Shown here piece by piece: positions 36,543 through 46,926 of a DNA stretch of 60,293 nucleotides (its first letter is position 1; each line of letters starts with the position of its first letter). The translations under genes were made by a program, and so were the position numbers. The DNA is from a virus (taxonomy: Duplodnaviria > Caudoviricetes). The notes beneath the pieces were generated by a model. That model had not been told where the DNA came from. It worked only from the letters and a program-made list of their open reading frames with translations, and made no database searches. The stretch lies in the IMG/VR virus record IMGVR_UViG_3300046779_000619, positions 1 to 60,293 of that record. The stretch is one strand, 5' to 3'.

Positions 36543-36833
36543 TTACACCAACTTGATACCGGTAGTCTGCTGAATATATGCATCAGCAAACGATTTATCA
36601 GTTGCTTCAATGACTGTTACTGTAGATTTGAACAGTTTAACGTCCTTGTCCGGATTTACAGTAAACAGGTAAGGAACCATTCCTAGTCCTTGTTGTGCCA
36701 TAGTTAGTACCATAGGTCTTCCTAGTTTATAAAACATAGGTCCATCTTCTACTAACTTTGCCACTAGCTCTTCTCCGCTAGTAAGTTTTAGCGTTACTAC
36801 TTCGCCTTCTGTTGCGCCTTTATCGATTAACAT
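36543..36833 (-). CDS. Conserved T4-like hypothetical protein
   Basis: LKLTSGEELVAK...YIQQTTGI. Confidence 0.75.
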   Translation of the reverse strand: MLIDKGATEGEVVTLKLTSGEELVAKLVEDGPMFYKLGRPMVLTMAQQGLGMVPYLFTVNPDKDVKLFKSTVTVIEATDKSFADAYIQQTTGIKLV

Positions 36834-36834
36834 A

Positions 36835-37059
36835 TTATCCTTGTAGATGTGCTTTGAGTTCTGTATATCCGCCGATTAGTTCTTCGCCTAAGAAGATCTG
36901 CGGAACTGTACGTGCTGTTGGTACTGCTTCTAATAGATCTTCTTTAGTGTAACCATCACCGATTTTCTTTTCTTCAAACTCGATGCCTTTCATTTTTAAC
37001 AATCCCTTTGCCTGTTCGCAAAATGGGCAGTTGTACTTAGACCAAACTGTTGCTTTCAT
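36835..37059 (-). CDS. Glutaredoxin
   Basis: CPFC, TVPQIF, IGGY. Confidence 0.95.
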   Translation of the reverse strand: MKATVWSKYNCPFCEQAKGLLKMKGIEFEEKKIGDGYTKEDLLEAVPTARTVPQIFLGEELIGGYTELKAHLQG

Positions 37060-37085
37060 TTTTCTTCCTTAATAAACTTTAAATC

Positions 37086-38186
37086 TTATATAGCCGGTAG
37101 TTCATCGTAATCTAACTTTTCACTCATTACACCAATGACATAGTTAGTACTTTCATTTTCTTGTAGTGCTGTCTGCTTCTTGCTGGTATCGCTATGCTTG
37201 TTAAACCAAGGAATAGGAGTTGACTTTGGACTAGGTGCAAGATATTTGATACCGATCTGATGCAGTGCATCACGAGCAGTATAATCGACAAACTCTTTTA
37301 AGATGTTTGCGTTAAGCCCAATAACTGGACCTTTCTTGAATAGATATTCTGCCCACTCTTTCTCTTCGCGGATAACATCCATGTAGAGTGCATAGACTTC
37401 TGCTTCGCACTCGATCTTCATTTTAGCAAAGCGTGGATCTTCTTTGACAACTTGATTGATCAAGTAGGCAGTCCATCCTTTGTGCAACAACTCGTCTTGT
37501 AAAATCAAGCTGATGATGTTGCCATTGCCGATAAAGATTTTGTTCTCAACCATTGCTAGGCTTGTAGCAAAGCTAACCATAAAGCGGAATGCTTCTAGTG
37601 CATAGCTGGCATTTAGTGCTAACCAGATTGCCTTGATGTGTTCGTGCTCTGTAATCACTTCGCCGATTTCTTTACGGCAGTTGATTAGATGTAGATCATC
37701 ATAATACTTGCCTACACTAGATGCCATAGATACAATCTCTGTAGTATCGTGGATAGTGTTGAATACTTCCTTGGGCACGTTGTAGATATTGCGGATGATG
37801 TGACTGTAGCTACGACTGTGAATGTTAGTTTCAAAGAAGCTCCAGTTGAACATTAGACTTTCTAGCTCTGGCAGACTAACGACCGGAGTAAAGATTTGAC
37901 TTGGGCCACGTCCTTGCAAACTATCAAGTGCTGTTTGTCTTAATAGGTTACTGGTAAAGATATGCTTGACTGCATCACTGGCATCCTTAAAGTCTTGACT
38001 GTCTTTTGTTAGCGAAACTTCCTCTGGAACCCAAAAGAAACCGCGAGCAGTTGTTTCAAAGTCTGCGATCTTTTTATATTTGACTTCTTCGAATCGTTGA
38101 ATAGTGACTGGACCTGCTGGATCTAGAAACATCTTGCGATTAAGATAGTCTGTTTTTGTTGTTAGATTGTATTGTTGTTTTGACAT
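37086..38186 (-). CDS. nrdB: Ribonucleotide reductase class Ia beta subunit
   Basis: FWVPEEV, LDSLQG, ETNIHSRSY, EAFRF, DELLH. Confidence 0.96.
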   Translation of the reverse strand: MSKQQYNLTTKTDYLNRKMFLDPAGPVTIQRFEEVKYKKIADFETTARGFFWVPEEVSLTKDSQDFKDASDAVKHIFTSNLLRQTALDSLQGRGPSQIFTPVVSLPELESLMFNWSFFETNIHSRSYSHIIRNIYNVPKEVFNTIHDTTEIVSMASSVGKYYDDLHLINCRKEIGEVITEHEHIKAIWLALNASYALEAFRFMVSFATSLAMVENKIFIGNGNIISLILQDELLHKGWTAYLINQVVKEDPRFAKMKIECEAEVYALYMDVIREEKEWAEYLFKKGPVIGLNANILKEFVDYTARDALHQIGIKYLAPSPKSTPIPWFNKHSDTSKKQTALQENESTNYVIGVMSEKLDYDELPAI

Positions 38187-38187
38187 T

Positions 38188-38808
38188 TTAATATTTTCCC
38201 GAAGCAAGTACTATCTTGCAGATGTGTTCTAGTCTTTCAATATGCTCGTAAGCACGCCATGGACTAGTATCGATGGCAACCACGCCATGTCCTTTGATAC
38301 CTACAATGTCATAGGCAATATTTCCGTTGCTGTCTAACTGTAAGTTCTTATGGCACTGGTCAGCAAGTGCTTGACTGATAGGTGGTACATCTCCTACGTT
38401 AGGTGCAACCTTCGTATAGCGATTAAGTTCCGGAAACGCTGAGCTAATAGTACTTAGATCAATACCGGCGTGCATGGCCGCAATACAATATGTGGGATGA
38501 ACATGAACTACTACACGGACATCATTGCTATGCTGTCCCATTGCCCGTTGTAATCCAAAGTGTAGTGGTATTTCACCACTAGGCTTTAAGTTGGCACTAA
38601 TATCAGAATAAAATTCTTCTTGCCATAGTAAGCCATGAATACTGATTTTCTTAAACTGATCAGGTTGTAGAGTTTGCTTACGCACACCACTAGGTGTAAT
38701 GTAAAAGTGATCACGGTCGTGGTGACGAATACTTACATTGCCATCACGACTTGTAATCCAGTTACGCTTATAAGCGTCTACCATAATATCACATATTGTT
38801 TCTAACAT
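38188..38808 (-). CDS. Class II aldolase/adducin-family protein
   Basis: DGNVS, ITPSG, PSGE..LH, VHVHP, HGVV. Confidence 0.88.
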   Translation of the reverse strand: MLETICDIMVDAYKRNWITSRDGNVSIRHHDRDHFYITPSGVRKQTLQPDQFKKISIHGLLWQEEFYSDISANLKPSGEIPLHFGLQRAMGQHSNDVRVVVHVHPTYCIAAMHAGIDLSTISSAFPELNRYTKVAPNVGDVPPISQALADQCHKNLQLDSNGNIAYDIVGIKGHGVVAIDTSPWRAYEHIERLEHICKIVLASGKY

Positions 38809-39340
38809 TAACGTGGTCCCAGTTTATAATCTTCCATTGATTTTCTAAATACTTTTTCTTATCGTGTTGGTAGTCTAGTGCCCAAGCATGTTCCCACCAA
38901 TCAACTAATACCACAATATCTTTTTTGACCTGATGATTTTTAATAGTTTTGATTGTGCCATCCTTGGCTAGATAAACCCAACCACTACCTTGAACCCCCA
39001 TTGCTGTTTTTTCAAACTCTTCTTTAAACAGATCAAAAGTAGTATAGTGATCAATGATAAAGTCTTCAATCCAACCATTAGGCTTGTTTGAGCCTTTTGG
39101 TGCTTGATACTGCTGAAACAAAATGTTATGCAAGAAGACGCCTGCTTTATTGAAGTCAGGATCGCCTTCATTGTTATTATAACGTTCAGCGTAGGTCTTA
39201 GCTAACTTTCCATAGTGATACTTGATAGTATCTTCTGAAACAGAAGGGTCTAACTCGTTAGCATCATATGGCAAAGGAAGGATTTCTAACTTGTGTTCTT
39301 TTCCTTCCTTTAACACATTTCTAATAAAGCTAAAGGTCAT
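38789..39340 (-). CDS. sod: Fe/Mn superoxide dismutase
   Basis: LPY..L.P, YH, LHN, QGSGW, DWWEHA. Confidence 0.9.
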   Translation of the reverse strand: MTFSFIRNVLKEGKEHKLEILPLPYDANELDPSVSEDTIKYHYGKLAKTYAERYNNNEGDPDFNKAGVFLHNILFQQYQAPKGSNKPNGWIEDFIIDHYTTFDLFKEEFEKTAMGVQGSGWVYLAKDGTIKTIKNHQVKKDIVVLVDWWEHAWALDYQHDKKKYLENQWKIINWDHVNVRNNM

Positions 39341-41667
39341 AGCTTACAGGCCTCGCAATCTTCTGCATCATCGTAATCAATAACAGCCAACGGTGTTTGG
39401 GACGGTGCTTCTTCTGCGGTCTGTTTGCTGCCTGCCTTGTTAATCAAGCTGTAGTAGAATGTCTTGATACCCCACATGTGTGCCTGCATCAAGTTCTTGG
39501 CAATCAATGTGGTCGGAACTTTTCGATCAGGATAGTTTGCTGGATTGTAGAATGTATTGGTGCTGATACTTTGATCAGTGTAAGCAGCCAATACCGCACT
39601 GGTCTTCAGGTAACCTTCACAGTCTGTCTGCTCCCACATCAGCTGATAGTTCTTACGAACCTTGGCATTGTGATACTCAGGTACAACCTGTGTGAAAGAT
39701 CCGGCCTTTGATTCTTTAGTACTGATCAAACTCATTGGCATTTCAATACCGTTGGTTGAACCAATAACAACTGAGCTAGACTCAACAGGAGCAATGGCTC
39801 CATTAGTAGCATTGCGAACACCGTATTGGATCATTTGTGCTCGTAATGTTTCCCAGTCTAGTTCCGGTGTAAAGTCTGTTAGTTCATTAACACCCTTAGC
39901 ACGTAGTTCCCATGGAAACTTACCTTGACCGTAACGTGTTTGATCTGAACCTAGGCACTTGCCACGTTCCTTGGCCAACTCAACTGACATCTCTGTGAGA
40001 TAGTATGACTGATGTTCTTGCCAAGTTTTAACTTCTGCAAGAGCATCTGCGTCACCATACTTCAAACCACGCTTGGCGTGCCAATAGGCTAGGTTAGTAA
40101 CACCAATTCCCAAGGGACGGATTTCATCGTTTGACAACTTGCTCTGAATGCTCAAGAAGTCTTGATAGTCAAGGATGTTATTCAGGCTACGATGTAGAAT
40201 CCTACAGGCTCTACGCATATCCTCTGGGTTCCGGAACGCACCCCAGTTGATAGATCCCAGTGTACATAACGCTATGCGTCCAGCATCGTCGTCTAATCGT
40301 TTGAATGGACGTGTGGGTAATAGAATCTCACAGCACAAGTTACTTTGATAAATCGTGTGATACTCTGGATCAAAAGGTCCTTGGTTCATTACATTATCAA
40401 TGAATACAAGATATATTCGACCTGTGTCCGTGCGTTCTTTTAGAATACCACCCTTGAACACTTCTTCTGCACTCATGGTCTTTTTGCGTAGACCTGATTG
40501 CTTTTCATACTTTACATATAACTCTTCAAACTTAGCAGTGTCTTTATAGAATGCTTCGTATAAGTCCGGTACTTCGTTAGGATCGAAGAACGTTATGTTT
40601 TCTTTGTTTTTAAATCTACGCCAGAAGAACGCCGAGAGCACAACCCCGTAGTCCATGTGTCGTACTCGTGTCTCTTCTGTACCTTGGTTGTTCTTGAGAA
40701 CGATGAGATCATCAAACTGATGATGCCAAATGGGATAAAAGACAGTAGCAGATGCATTACGAATTCCACCTTGTGAACAGCTCCTTAAATCACCGAACCA
40801 TTTTTTCAGGAATGGTATCATACCTGTGTGTTGAATCTCGCCACCTCTGATGGGAGATCCTAACGAACGTAGACGTCCAATCTCCAAACCGATGCCAGCT
40901 CGCTTGCTAGCATACTTGGCCATCATCTCTCCCGAGGCAAAGATGGAGTCGAGGTCGTCGTCGGAACGAATAAGGACACAACTAGAAAACTGCTTAGTAG
41001 GAGTCCCCAACCCAGCAAGCACAGGTGTAGCGAGAGTAAACAAGCCATCGCTAGCCGCATTATAATATTCCTTGATGTAGCGCATACGGGCGCTGTTTGG
41101 TTCTTCTTTATGGAACACAGTTGCCGCAGCGACCATGTATCGAATCTGTGGTGTTTCATAGATTTCCTTGGTAGCACGATTCTTGACCAAATATTTTTCA
41201 ATCAGTTGTTCGATTGCTGCATAAGAATACTCTTCATCTTTCTCATGGTCCAGCATTTCGTTCATGCGGTTCCAATCGTCTTCTGTGTACCACTCAAGCA
41301 GTTCCGGAGTGTACAGACCAATCTCTACGTTTTTCTTTACGATATCGTATAAGTGAGGCGGCTTATAATCCCCGTAAACATCTTTACGTAACATGCTAAG
41401 GCGTTGTTTGCCTGCTACGTATTGATAGTTGGTATTACAGATATCTGGGTTTGATTCTACATCAATAAGATTAACAATCGCTCTTAATGTGATTTCATCT
41501 ATTTCTTTAGTTGTAATCCCATCATAAAAGTGCGGTTGACTTTTGATTTCAATCATTGACTGACTTACATCTGCTATACCCTTACAGACTTTTGCAATCT
41601 GCGCTTGCCACTTTTCAACTGCCAGTGGCTCTTTATTTCCATTTCTCTTAATGACTGTGATTTCCAT
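39337..41667 (-). CDS. nrdA: Ribonucleotide reductase class Ia alpha subunit with ATP cone
   Basis: VIKRNG, FSSC, SNLCCEI, KTFYY, C-terminal CEACKL. Confidence 0.97.
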   Translation of the reverse strand: MEITVIKRNGNKEPLAVEKWQAQIAKVCKGIADVSQSMIEIKSQPHFYDGITTKEIDEITLRAIVNLIDVESNPDICNTNYQYVAGKQRLSMLRKDVYGDYKPPHLYDIVKKNVEIGLYTPELLEWYTEDDWNRMNEMLDHEKDEEYSYAAIEQLIEKYLVKNRATKEIYETPQIRYMVAAATVFHKEEPNSARMRYIKEYYNAASDGLFTLATPVLAGLGTPTKQFSSCVLIRSDDDLDSIFASGEMMAKYASKRAGIGLEIGRLRSLGSPIRGGEIQHTGMIPFLKKWFGDLRSCSQGGIRNASATVFYPIWHHQFDDLIVLKNNQGTEETRVRHMDYGVVLSAFFWRRFKNKENITFFDPNEVPDLYEAFYKDTAKFEELYVKYEKQSGLRKKTMSAEEVFKGGILKERTDTGRIYLVFIDNVMNQGPFDPEYHTIYQSNLCCEILLPTRPFKRLDDDAGRIALCTLGSINWGAFRNPEDMRRACRILHRSLNNILDYQDFLSIQSKLSNDEIRPLGIGVTNLAYWHAKRGLKYGDADALAEVKTWQEHQSYYLTEMSVELAKERGKCLGSDQTRYGQGKFPWELRAKGVNELTDFTPELDWETLRAQMIQYGVRNATNGAIAPVESSSVVIGSTNGIEMPMSLISTKESKAGSFTQVVPEYHNAKVRKNYQLMWEQTDCEGYLKTSAVLAAYTDQSISTNTFYNPANYPDRKVPTTLIAKNLMQAHMWGIKTFYYSLINKAGSKQTAEEAPSQTPLAVIDYDDAEDCEACKL

Positions 41668-41700
41668 CTACGCCTCAATGTTATATTTCTTCTAGACTGA

Positions 41701-41708
41701 TATTTATA
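41701..41708 (-). promoter_or_regulatory. T4-type late promoter
   Basis: TATAAATA upstream of nrdA. Confidence 0.6.
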
Positions 41709-42129
41709 ACGCATCAGTTTTTGACCATATCAGCCTGGCTTGGATATTATCCAAGTCTTTAATGTCAAGTACCGTTTTATATTCAAAGTTTAAAACATGC
41801 TTGTGATCAACAACTAGAAAATATCTAGGTTGCTTTTCATCAGAAAGCATAGACGTATGTATCTCACAAACGCTGGCCATAAACCGCTGTGTTAATTTAA
41901 TAGTGTACAGCATTCCGAGGGCAATAGCAAGGTCGTCGTACTTATTATCAAGTACTAAATGCCATGGATCGGGCCATTCGGAAGTATTTTCCGGATTGAG
42001 GTAGGGACTAACAAATGGGGCACGGCTCCAAAATAAAACAACATCTTCTAACGGATCGTTGCTTACTTCTAAACTGTCCCTAAATTCTTTCCAAGTTGTT
42101 AGTCTGTTGTTTCCGTATAGATCAAACAC
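41704..42129 (-). CDS. Hypothetical protein
   Basis: 141 aa; WPDPW motif. Confidence 0.75.
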   Translation of the reverse strand: MFDLYGNNRLTTWKEFRDSLEVSNDPLEDVVLFWSRAPFVSPYLNPENTSEWPDPWHLVLDNKYDDLAIALGMLYTIKLTQRFMASVCEIHTSMLSDEKQPRYFLVVDHKHVLNFEYKTVLDIKDLDNIQARLIWSKTDAL

Positions 42130-43726
42130 CGTAAGCCACGCTATAGGAAATAGTTCCAGTGGCTCCTGTCGCTAGTGGGTTCTTATAATAAAGCACTAGT
42201 GTTTCAACGCCGCTGTCTGCGTCGTTATCTCTGAGTTCCACTGCAAATTCAAAGTTGGTCATTAGTGCTCCTCCTGGTGCTGTTATAGTTGATGCCGAAT
42301 ACTGATAGTTATCAGATAGGGATGCTGACGAGTAGTCATCGTCGATGGTTATGGTAATCTGTCCGTGTCTTACATGAGAACTCAATCTCAATGTATAGTT
42401 GATCGTGGTAAACTTATTATGAGCAGAGAATACTGCCAAAGTTCTTAAGCTGTCCGATAGATAGATATCTGAAGAGTTCTTATCAACAATGGAAACATTG
42501 GCTGCATTAACTACTTCGGATACTGCTTTGGTAGTGTTAAGAGAAACTACGGAAGCATTTTGATGTCTGTTGAACGAGCAGTCAGTTACTACGTTGCCTA
42601 ACTGGTCTCCAAAGGCAATGATTTCAACTGTTGGGTTACCAGCAGATCCAACGCCATTACCACAGTTTTTAAATGTACAACGATTTACCAATGTACCTCT
42701 TCCTGGGCCAGTTGTGTAGATTGCACGATTTGCAACTTCTTCAAATAGGCAATCGTTAAACTGCCAATCATTGCCCTGGCTGATTAACAGAGCATCTGTA
42801 GTAACGAGCACTGCTGTATCGACGGCTGCAAAAGTGCAGGAATCAAACAATATGTCTGTTCTAAATACAGGCGGGCTTGTCGAATCTACAACATAGTTGT
42901 CGCATCTAACTGCTACAGCATTGCTGTCAAACTCGCAGTTGATAAACTTCAATCCTGTTGTTCTAGTTCCTGCTAGACTGTTTTCCCAAAACACTGCACT
43001 TGCCTGTGTTATTAATGATCCTATAGTGTTACCTAAAGAATACTCTCCAACAAATCTTACATTTTCTATTTTGGAATCAGCAACACCCGTGAATACTGTT
43101 TCACCGTTTTGTCTTTGAATAGTTAGATTTGAAATCTCGATATTAACAGGACGATTGCTGCTGTTAAAGTCTGCAACTTCTAGTCCTTCGCTTGTGACAA
43201 ATAGAATGTTGTTGTCATTGATCAACAGTACGGTGTTTAACTTAGTTTCGCCTCTGACAATAGTTCCACTAGGAATCTTTAGGTCGGACAAGAACAGGTA
43301 TTCGCCGTTGGGTACAAGTAAAACTTTTTTATAATCAGGATTTGTATTTCTAAATAACTCAGTTACCGCATTAGTAAATGCTTCAACACAGTCTGTAGAA
43401 CCGTCGCCTACTGCACCATAGTCAGCAACACTAACCTGTATCTCGTCTAGCTTACTTTGAATACTGCGAGGCAAGGATAGGTTAATAGAAGGATCAGTAT
43501 AACCAAATGTGTAACTAGATGCTAGGCTCAACAGATTATCGTTTTCTGTTAGTATCTTTGTGTTACCAACATAAGGAGCACCTTCTGCAATGCTGCCATT
43601 TCCGATGTATAGTTCTTGACTATCAATAGCCCATGCCATTTCAGCAGAACTTAGTTGAGGAACGCCTATCCCCGAATTCTTTAGACCTCTACGGATCTGG
43701 ATTTTACTTATCTGTACGACAGCCAT
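42122..43726 (-). CDS. Virion/baseplate-associated protein with pectate-lyase-like beta-helix
   Basis: IQIRRG...ELYIGNG N-terminus; VADYGAVGDGSTD; FxxC repeats. Confidence 0.75.
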   Translation of the reverse strand: MAVVQISKIQIRRGLKNSGIGVPQLSSAEMAWAIDSQELYIGNGSIAEGAPYVGNTKILTENDNLLSLASSYTFGYTDPSINLSLPRSIQSKLDEIQVSVADYGAVGDGSTDCVEAFTNAVTELFRNTNPDYKKVLLVPNGEYLFLSDLKIPSGTIVRGETKLNTVLLINDNNILFVTSEGLEVADFNSSNRPVNIEISNLTIQRQNGETVFTGVADSKIENVRFVGEYSLGNTIGSLITQASAVFWENSLAGTRTTGLKFINCEFDSNAVAVRCDNYVVDSTSPPVFRTDILFDSCTFAAVDTAVLVTTDALLISQGNDWQFNDCLFEEVANRAIYTTGPGRGTLVNRCTFKNCGNGVGSAGNPTVEIIAFGDQLGNVVTDCSFNRHQNASVVSLNTTKAVSEVVNAANVSIVDKNSSDIYLSDSLRTLAVFSAHNKFTTINYTLRLSSHVRHGQITITIDDDYSSASLSDNYQYSASTITAPGGALMTNFEFAVELRDNDADSGVETLVLYYKNPLATGATGTISYSVAYGV

Positions 43727-43749
43727 ATATTTTTCCTGTTATAGGATAT

Positions 43750-44454
43750 TTATCTAGCTTGACTGTAGTATTCCTCTACTTTATTGAGCCAAGCGTCCTG
43801 CCACTTGTTAAAGTCTTTTGGCTCTAGTGTAAACTGTTGATATTGAAAGTCTCTACTGCACATAAAGATAACACCTTTACGGATGTCTGTACCATAGACT
43901 TCATTATGTGCTAATATATAGGCCATTAGCTGTAGATAATAATCTTCTACCCACTCTGATTTCTTTGGCTTGTTTGTCTGCTTGTAATCCATTACAGCAG
44001 GTTCGCCTTCGTGTACACCCACTAGGTCAGTTGTACCCGAAAACAGGCCCGGAAAGTACAAACTCTGCTCCATGGCCCAGATTTCATTTACCTTGCTGAG
44101 TCCGTTATCAATGATAACATCTGCCATCTTGTGTGCTTGCACCTGCACAGGATGTTGGCCCGGAAGGCGCTCTAATCCTGCACAAAACCGCTCTAGATTG
44201 CCGTGCATCGCAGTGCCTATGCCTGCGGCTTCAGTTGTGATTTGTTGTGCTTTTTGTTCGCCTACTCGCTTCTTCCATTCATTTAGATGCGTCATATCCT
44301 TTGTTGCTGAAAGGATAGTTGTAACACTGGGCAGACATTCTCCATCTGGAGTTTGATATACACGTTTGCGTGTTACGGGGTCGTTGATTTGTTTACAGCC
44401 TTTGTACTGAAACTTTTCTATAAATGGTGGAGGAGTTAAAATAGTTGTTGTCAT
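43750..44454 (-). CDS. PD-(D/E)xK exonuclease (Cas4-like phage family)
   Basis: PSVTTIL, GTAMH, GTTDL, DYK, QLMAY. Confidence 0.88.
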   Translation of the reverse strand: MTTTILTPPPFIEKFQYKGCKQINDPVTRKRVYQTPDGECLPSVTTILSATKDMTHLNEWKKRVGEQKAQQITTEAAGIGTAMHGNLERFCAGLERLPGQHPVQVQAHKMADVIIDNGLSKVNEIWAMEQSLYFPGLFSGTTDLVGVHEGEPAVMDYKQTNKPKKSEWVEDYYLQLMAYILAHNEVYGTDIRKGVIFMCSRDFQYQQFTLEPKDFNKWQDAWLNKVEEYYSQAR

Positions 44455-44486
44455 CCTGTATATATTACAGGATAACAAACTAAAGG

Positions 44487-44870
44487 TCAAACCTGGGGAG
44501 TAGTTTGACTCTGTGCCAACTGGCCTGCTGCTGCCGAAGCTGCTGTTTGATCAACTGCTGCTTGACTATCTTGAGGCTGTGCTGTACCGCTAGCTTTTGG
44601 AGCTTCTTCCGGAGCTCCAGGCACGTTGAGCTCGATACCGTTTTGATTAAAATCTTTTACAAGAGTTTGTAATGCAGGAGTCGAATCGTACATGGCTTTG
44701 AATGTTTCGTAGTCGGCCGTAACTTCATTTCCAGTAGATCCAACAAGTCTATTAAGACCACCCCAGTTTAACTTAGCTGGGGCTTTTCTACTAGCAGCAC
44801 GGCCAATAAGGTTTCTGAGAACAATAATATATTTCTCGACGCCTCTATCTGCAAACTCAAATATTCTCAT
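44487..44870 (-). CDS. Hypothetical late protein
   Basis: MRIFEF start; coupled. Confidence 0.75.
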   Translation of the reverse strand: MRIFEFADRGVEKYIIVLRNLIGRAASRKAPAKLNWGGLNRLVGSTGNEVTADYETFKAMYDSTPALQTLVKDFNQNGIELNVPGAPEEAPKASGTAQPQDSQAAVDQTAASAAAGQLAQSQTTPQV

Positions 44871-45142
44871 CCTAGTTCTGCCAGTTGTTTTCTTAGATCT
44901 TGTAACTGTTGTTCAGTCTGTTTGATCTGGTCTTGTACCTGCTTCTTTCTATCCATTAGATCCTTGGCTTGTGCTGCTGCCATCTTAGCCTGTGCTGCTG
45001 GATCGACAACAGGTTGTGCTCCGGGTGCAGGTGCTGCACCAGGGGCTGCTGGAGCAGCTCCCGGACCAGCGGGAGCCATAGCAGGAGCCAACTCTCTGAT
45101 TTTTAGAAAATCACTTTCGTTGGTGATGTCGAAAAATTTCAT
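44867..45142 (-). CDS. Ala/Pro-rich coiled-coil protein
   Basis: Coupled ORF. Confidence 0.7.
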   Translation of the reverse strand: MKFFDITNESDFLKIRELAPAMAPAGPGAAPAAPGAAPAPGAQPVVDPAAQAKMAAAQAKDLMDRKKQVQDQIKQTEQQLQDLRKQLAELG

Positions 45143-46428
45143 CCTGCTAGAACTTTTAATAAACGATTGCTGCGATCAATGCTTTCGCGTTGTTCGCGAC
45201 CTGCTGCTTCGGCTCCGCCTACTGCTGGCTCTGCTGCTGCAAAGTCATCGATAGGAGCTAGATCGCCTTCGCCTGCGTTCATTGCATCTGGTTCAGCAGT
45301 CATGTCTGGCTCAGCAGTTAGATCTGGCTCGCCGCCCATGCCTGGCTCTGCACCTAGCATTTCAGCGCCTTGCTCTTCGCCTGTAAGCTGACGAACACCA
45401 GTTGCTAGTGTTTCGCGTGTGTCTTTTAGGTTTTGTAGAGCTTGCTGAATAGCTGGAGCTACTGTGCTAATAAAACTCTTAGCTTGTTGTTGACTCATTT
45501 CGTCACGGATAGAATCGCCTAACTGTAATAGAGTGTCGTTCTCCATACCAGAAAGTTCTTCAATCCAACGGCCAACTCTGTCAACCATTGTCTTTGCTGT
45601 GACAATCGCAGACGCTTGCTGGATTTCACCTTCTTGTAATCTAGTCATATCTTCTCCTGTTTCGATAGATTCGTTTTTTTCTTTGTTGTGTTGCTTCCAT
45701 GCTGTTGCATAGGCAATCGACTTTTCTTTGTCTGTTAACTTTCCGTCATCTGCATATCCTTTCTTGATATGCTTGACCATGCGCTCACCTTTGGCTGTCG
45801 GCGGTGCGCTTTCTGGGAACTCACCATAGTCTTCATCTGAACCAAAACCTGCTGATGATAAAGCATACGCATCATCAGTTTCGCCACCTTCGTCGTCCCC
45901 AGATCCGTTTACCACATAATCTAACTCGTCTTCTAAATCAGAAAAATATGGTTCAATCCCTCTTACTTCGCCGCCATCTTTGTTGGCAATTTCATAGGAG
46001 ATTGCATCAACTGCACCTTCAACATCACCGTCACGTAGCATTGCTATAACTTGTTTATAGTTAATATCGCCATAGCCGCCGATTTCGTTTATGCTGTTCT
46101 CAAATCTTCTAAGAATATTTACAACTTTATCTTCGTCAAAGTCAGAACCTTCCATCTGGGTGTTGTCAACAATATTTTCATTGCGATCCATTAGTTCTGC
46201 AACAATAGCATCGTGCATCCATTGTGCTTGTGTTAGGGCATCATTCTCGATAGTTTCGTTAAAACTGCTTTCTGTACGAGCTGTATGGATTTGTGTGCGT
46301 AGTTTGTTTCTGGCGTCTTCTAACTGCTCAACGTTAAATGTTTCTAAATTTAGTTTACGACCAAAGGTTTTTTCGATAGTTTCATTAAGCTGTTTTGCGC
46401 TAGTTTTAAATAGGTCACTTGTTTTCAT
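45139..46428 (-). CDS. Acidic helical protein, possible prohead core/scaffold component
   Basis: 429 aa, many (L/I/F)xE sites. Confidence 0.65.
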   Translation of the reverse strand: MKTSDLFKTSAKQLNETIEKTFGRKLNLETFNVEQLEDARNKLRTQIHTARTESSFNETIENDALTQAQWMHDAIVAELMDRNENIVDNTQMEGSDFDEDKVVNILRRFENSINEIGGYGDINYKQVIAMLRDGDVEGAVDAISYEIANKDGGEVRGIEPYFSDLEDELDYVVNGSGDDEGGETDDAYALSSAGFGSDEDYGEFPESAPPTAKGERMVKHIKKGYADDGKLTDKEKSIAYATAWKQHNKEKNESIETGEDMTRLQEGEIQQASAIVTAKTMVDRVGRWIEELSGMENDTLLQLGDSIRDEMSQQQAKSFISTVAPAIQQALQNLKDTRETLATGVRQLTGEEQGAEMLGAEPGMGGEPDLTAEPDMTAEPDAMNAGEGDLAPIDDFAAAEPAVGGAEAAGREQRESIDRSNRLLKVLAG

Positions 46429-46458
46429 ATTGGGAGTCCAGATTGATGTAATATTTAT

Positions 46459-46884
46459 TCAGAATCTTACTAAACGTTCTGTATGGGTTTTGGCTATCAT
46501 TGCACGATCTCGGCTTTCGCAGTATCTGGACCATAACATATCGGCGCGATCGAAGTCTTTGTTATTTACAGATCGCTGATACTGTGATCGCAGCATCTGG
46601 CTGTCTATGTACCAACGACCGTACTCTTGATCAGCGGCCCATAACTTGTCCATTTCTACAGTTCTTCTGTGTAATGCCAGCTGATTTGCCAGTGCAATAG
46701 CCACCGCGTTTAAGCTGATTTCTTTGTAGACCAGGACACCGCGTTGTTTAAGATGTTTAATAGGCCCTTCACTGATTATTATAACATCGCCCACTAGAAT
46801 ACCGTCCGGAGTTTTTACCGGAATGATATTCTTAGACAGCTCATTGGATACCAAGCTGTCTAGTGTTTGATAAATTCTAGTCAT
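46459..46884 (-). CDS. Hypothetical protein
   Basis: 141-aa ORF. Confidence 0.7.
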   Translation of the reverse strand: MTRIYQTLDSLVSNELSKNIIPVKTPDGILVGDVIIISEGPIKHLKQRGVLVYKEISLNAVAIALANQLALHRRTVEMDKLWAADQEYGRWYIDSQMLRSQYQRSVNNKDFDRADMLWSRYCESRDRAMIAKTHTERLVRF

Positions 46885-46885
46885 T

Positions 46886-46908
46886 AAAAAAGGACCCTAA
46901 GGTCCTTT
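46886..46908 (-). terminator. Intrinsic terminator
   Basis: AAAGGACC-TTAG-GGTCCTTTTTT. Confidence 0.75.
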
Positions 46909-46926
46909 ATTTAACTGGGTAGTTAA

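Noticed and set aside
35776-36686. Several overlapping ORFs including 175-aa 35804-36331
   Set aside because: Shadow frames of the M15 peptidase gene; no motifs.
43750-44454. CRISPR-Cas system suggested by the Cas4-like nuclease
   Set aside because: No repeat-spacer array or other cas genes seen; stand-alone phage exonuclease.
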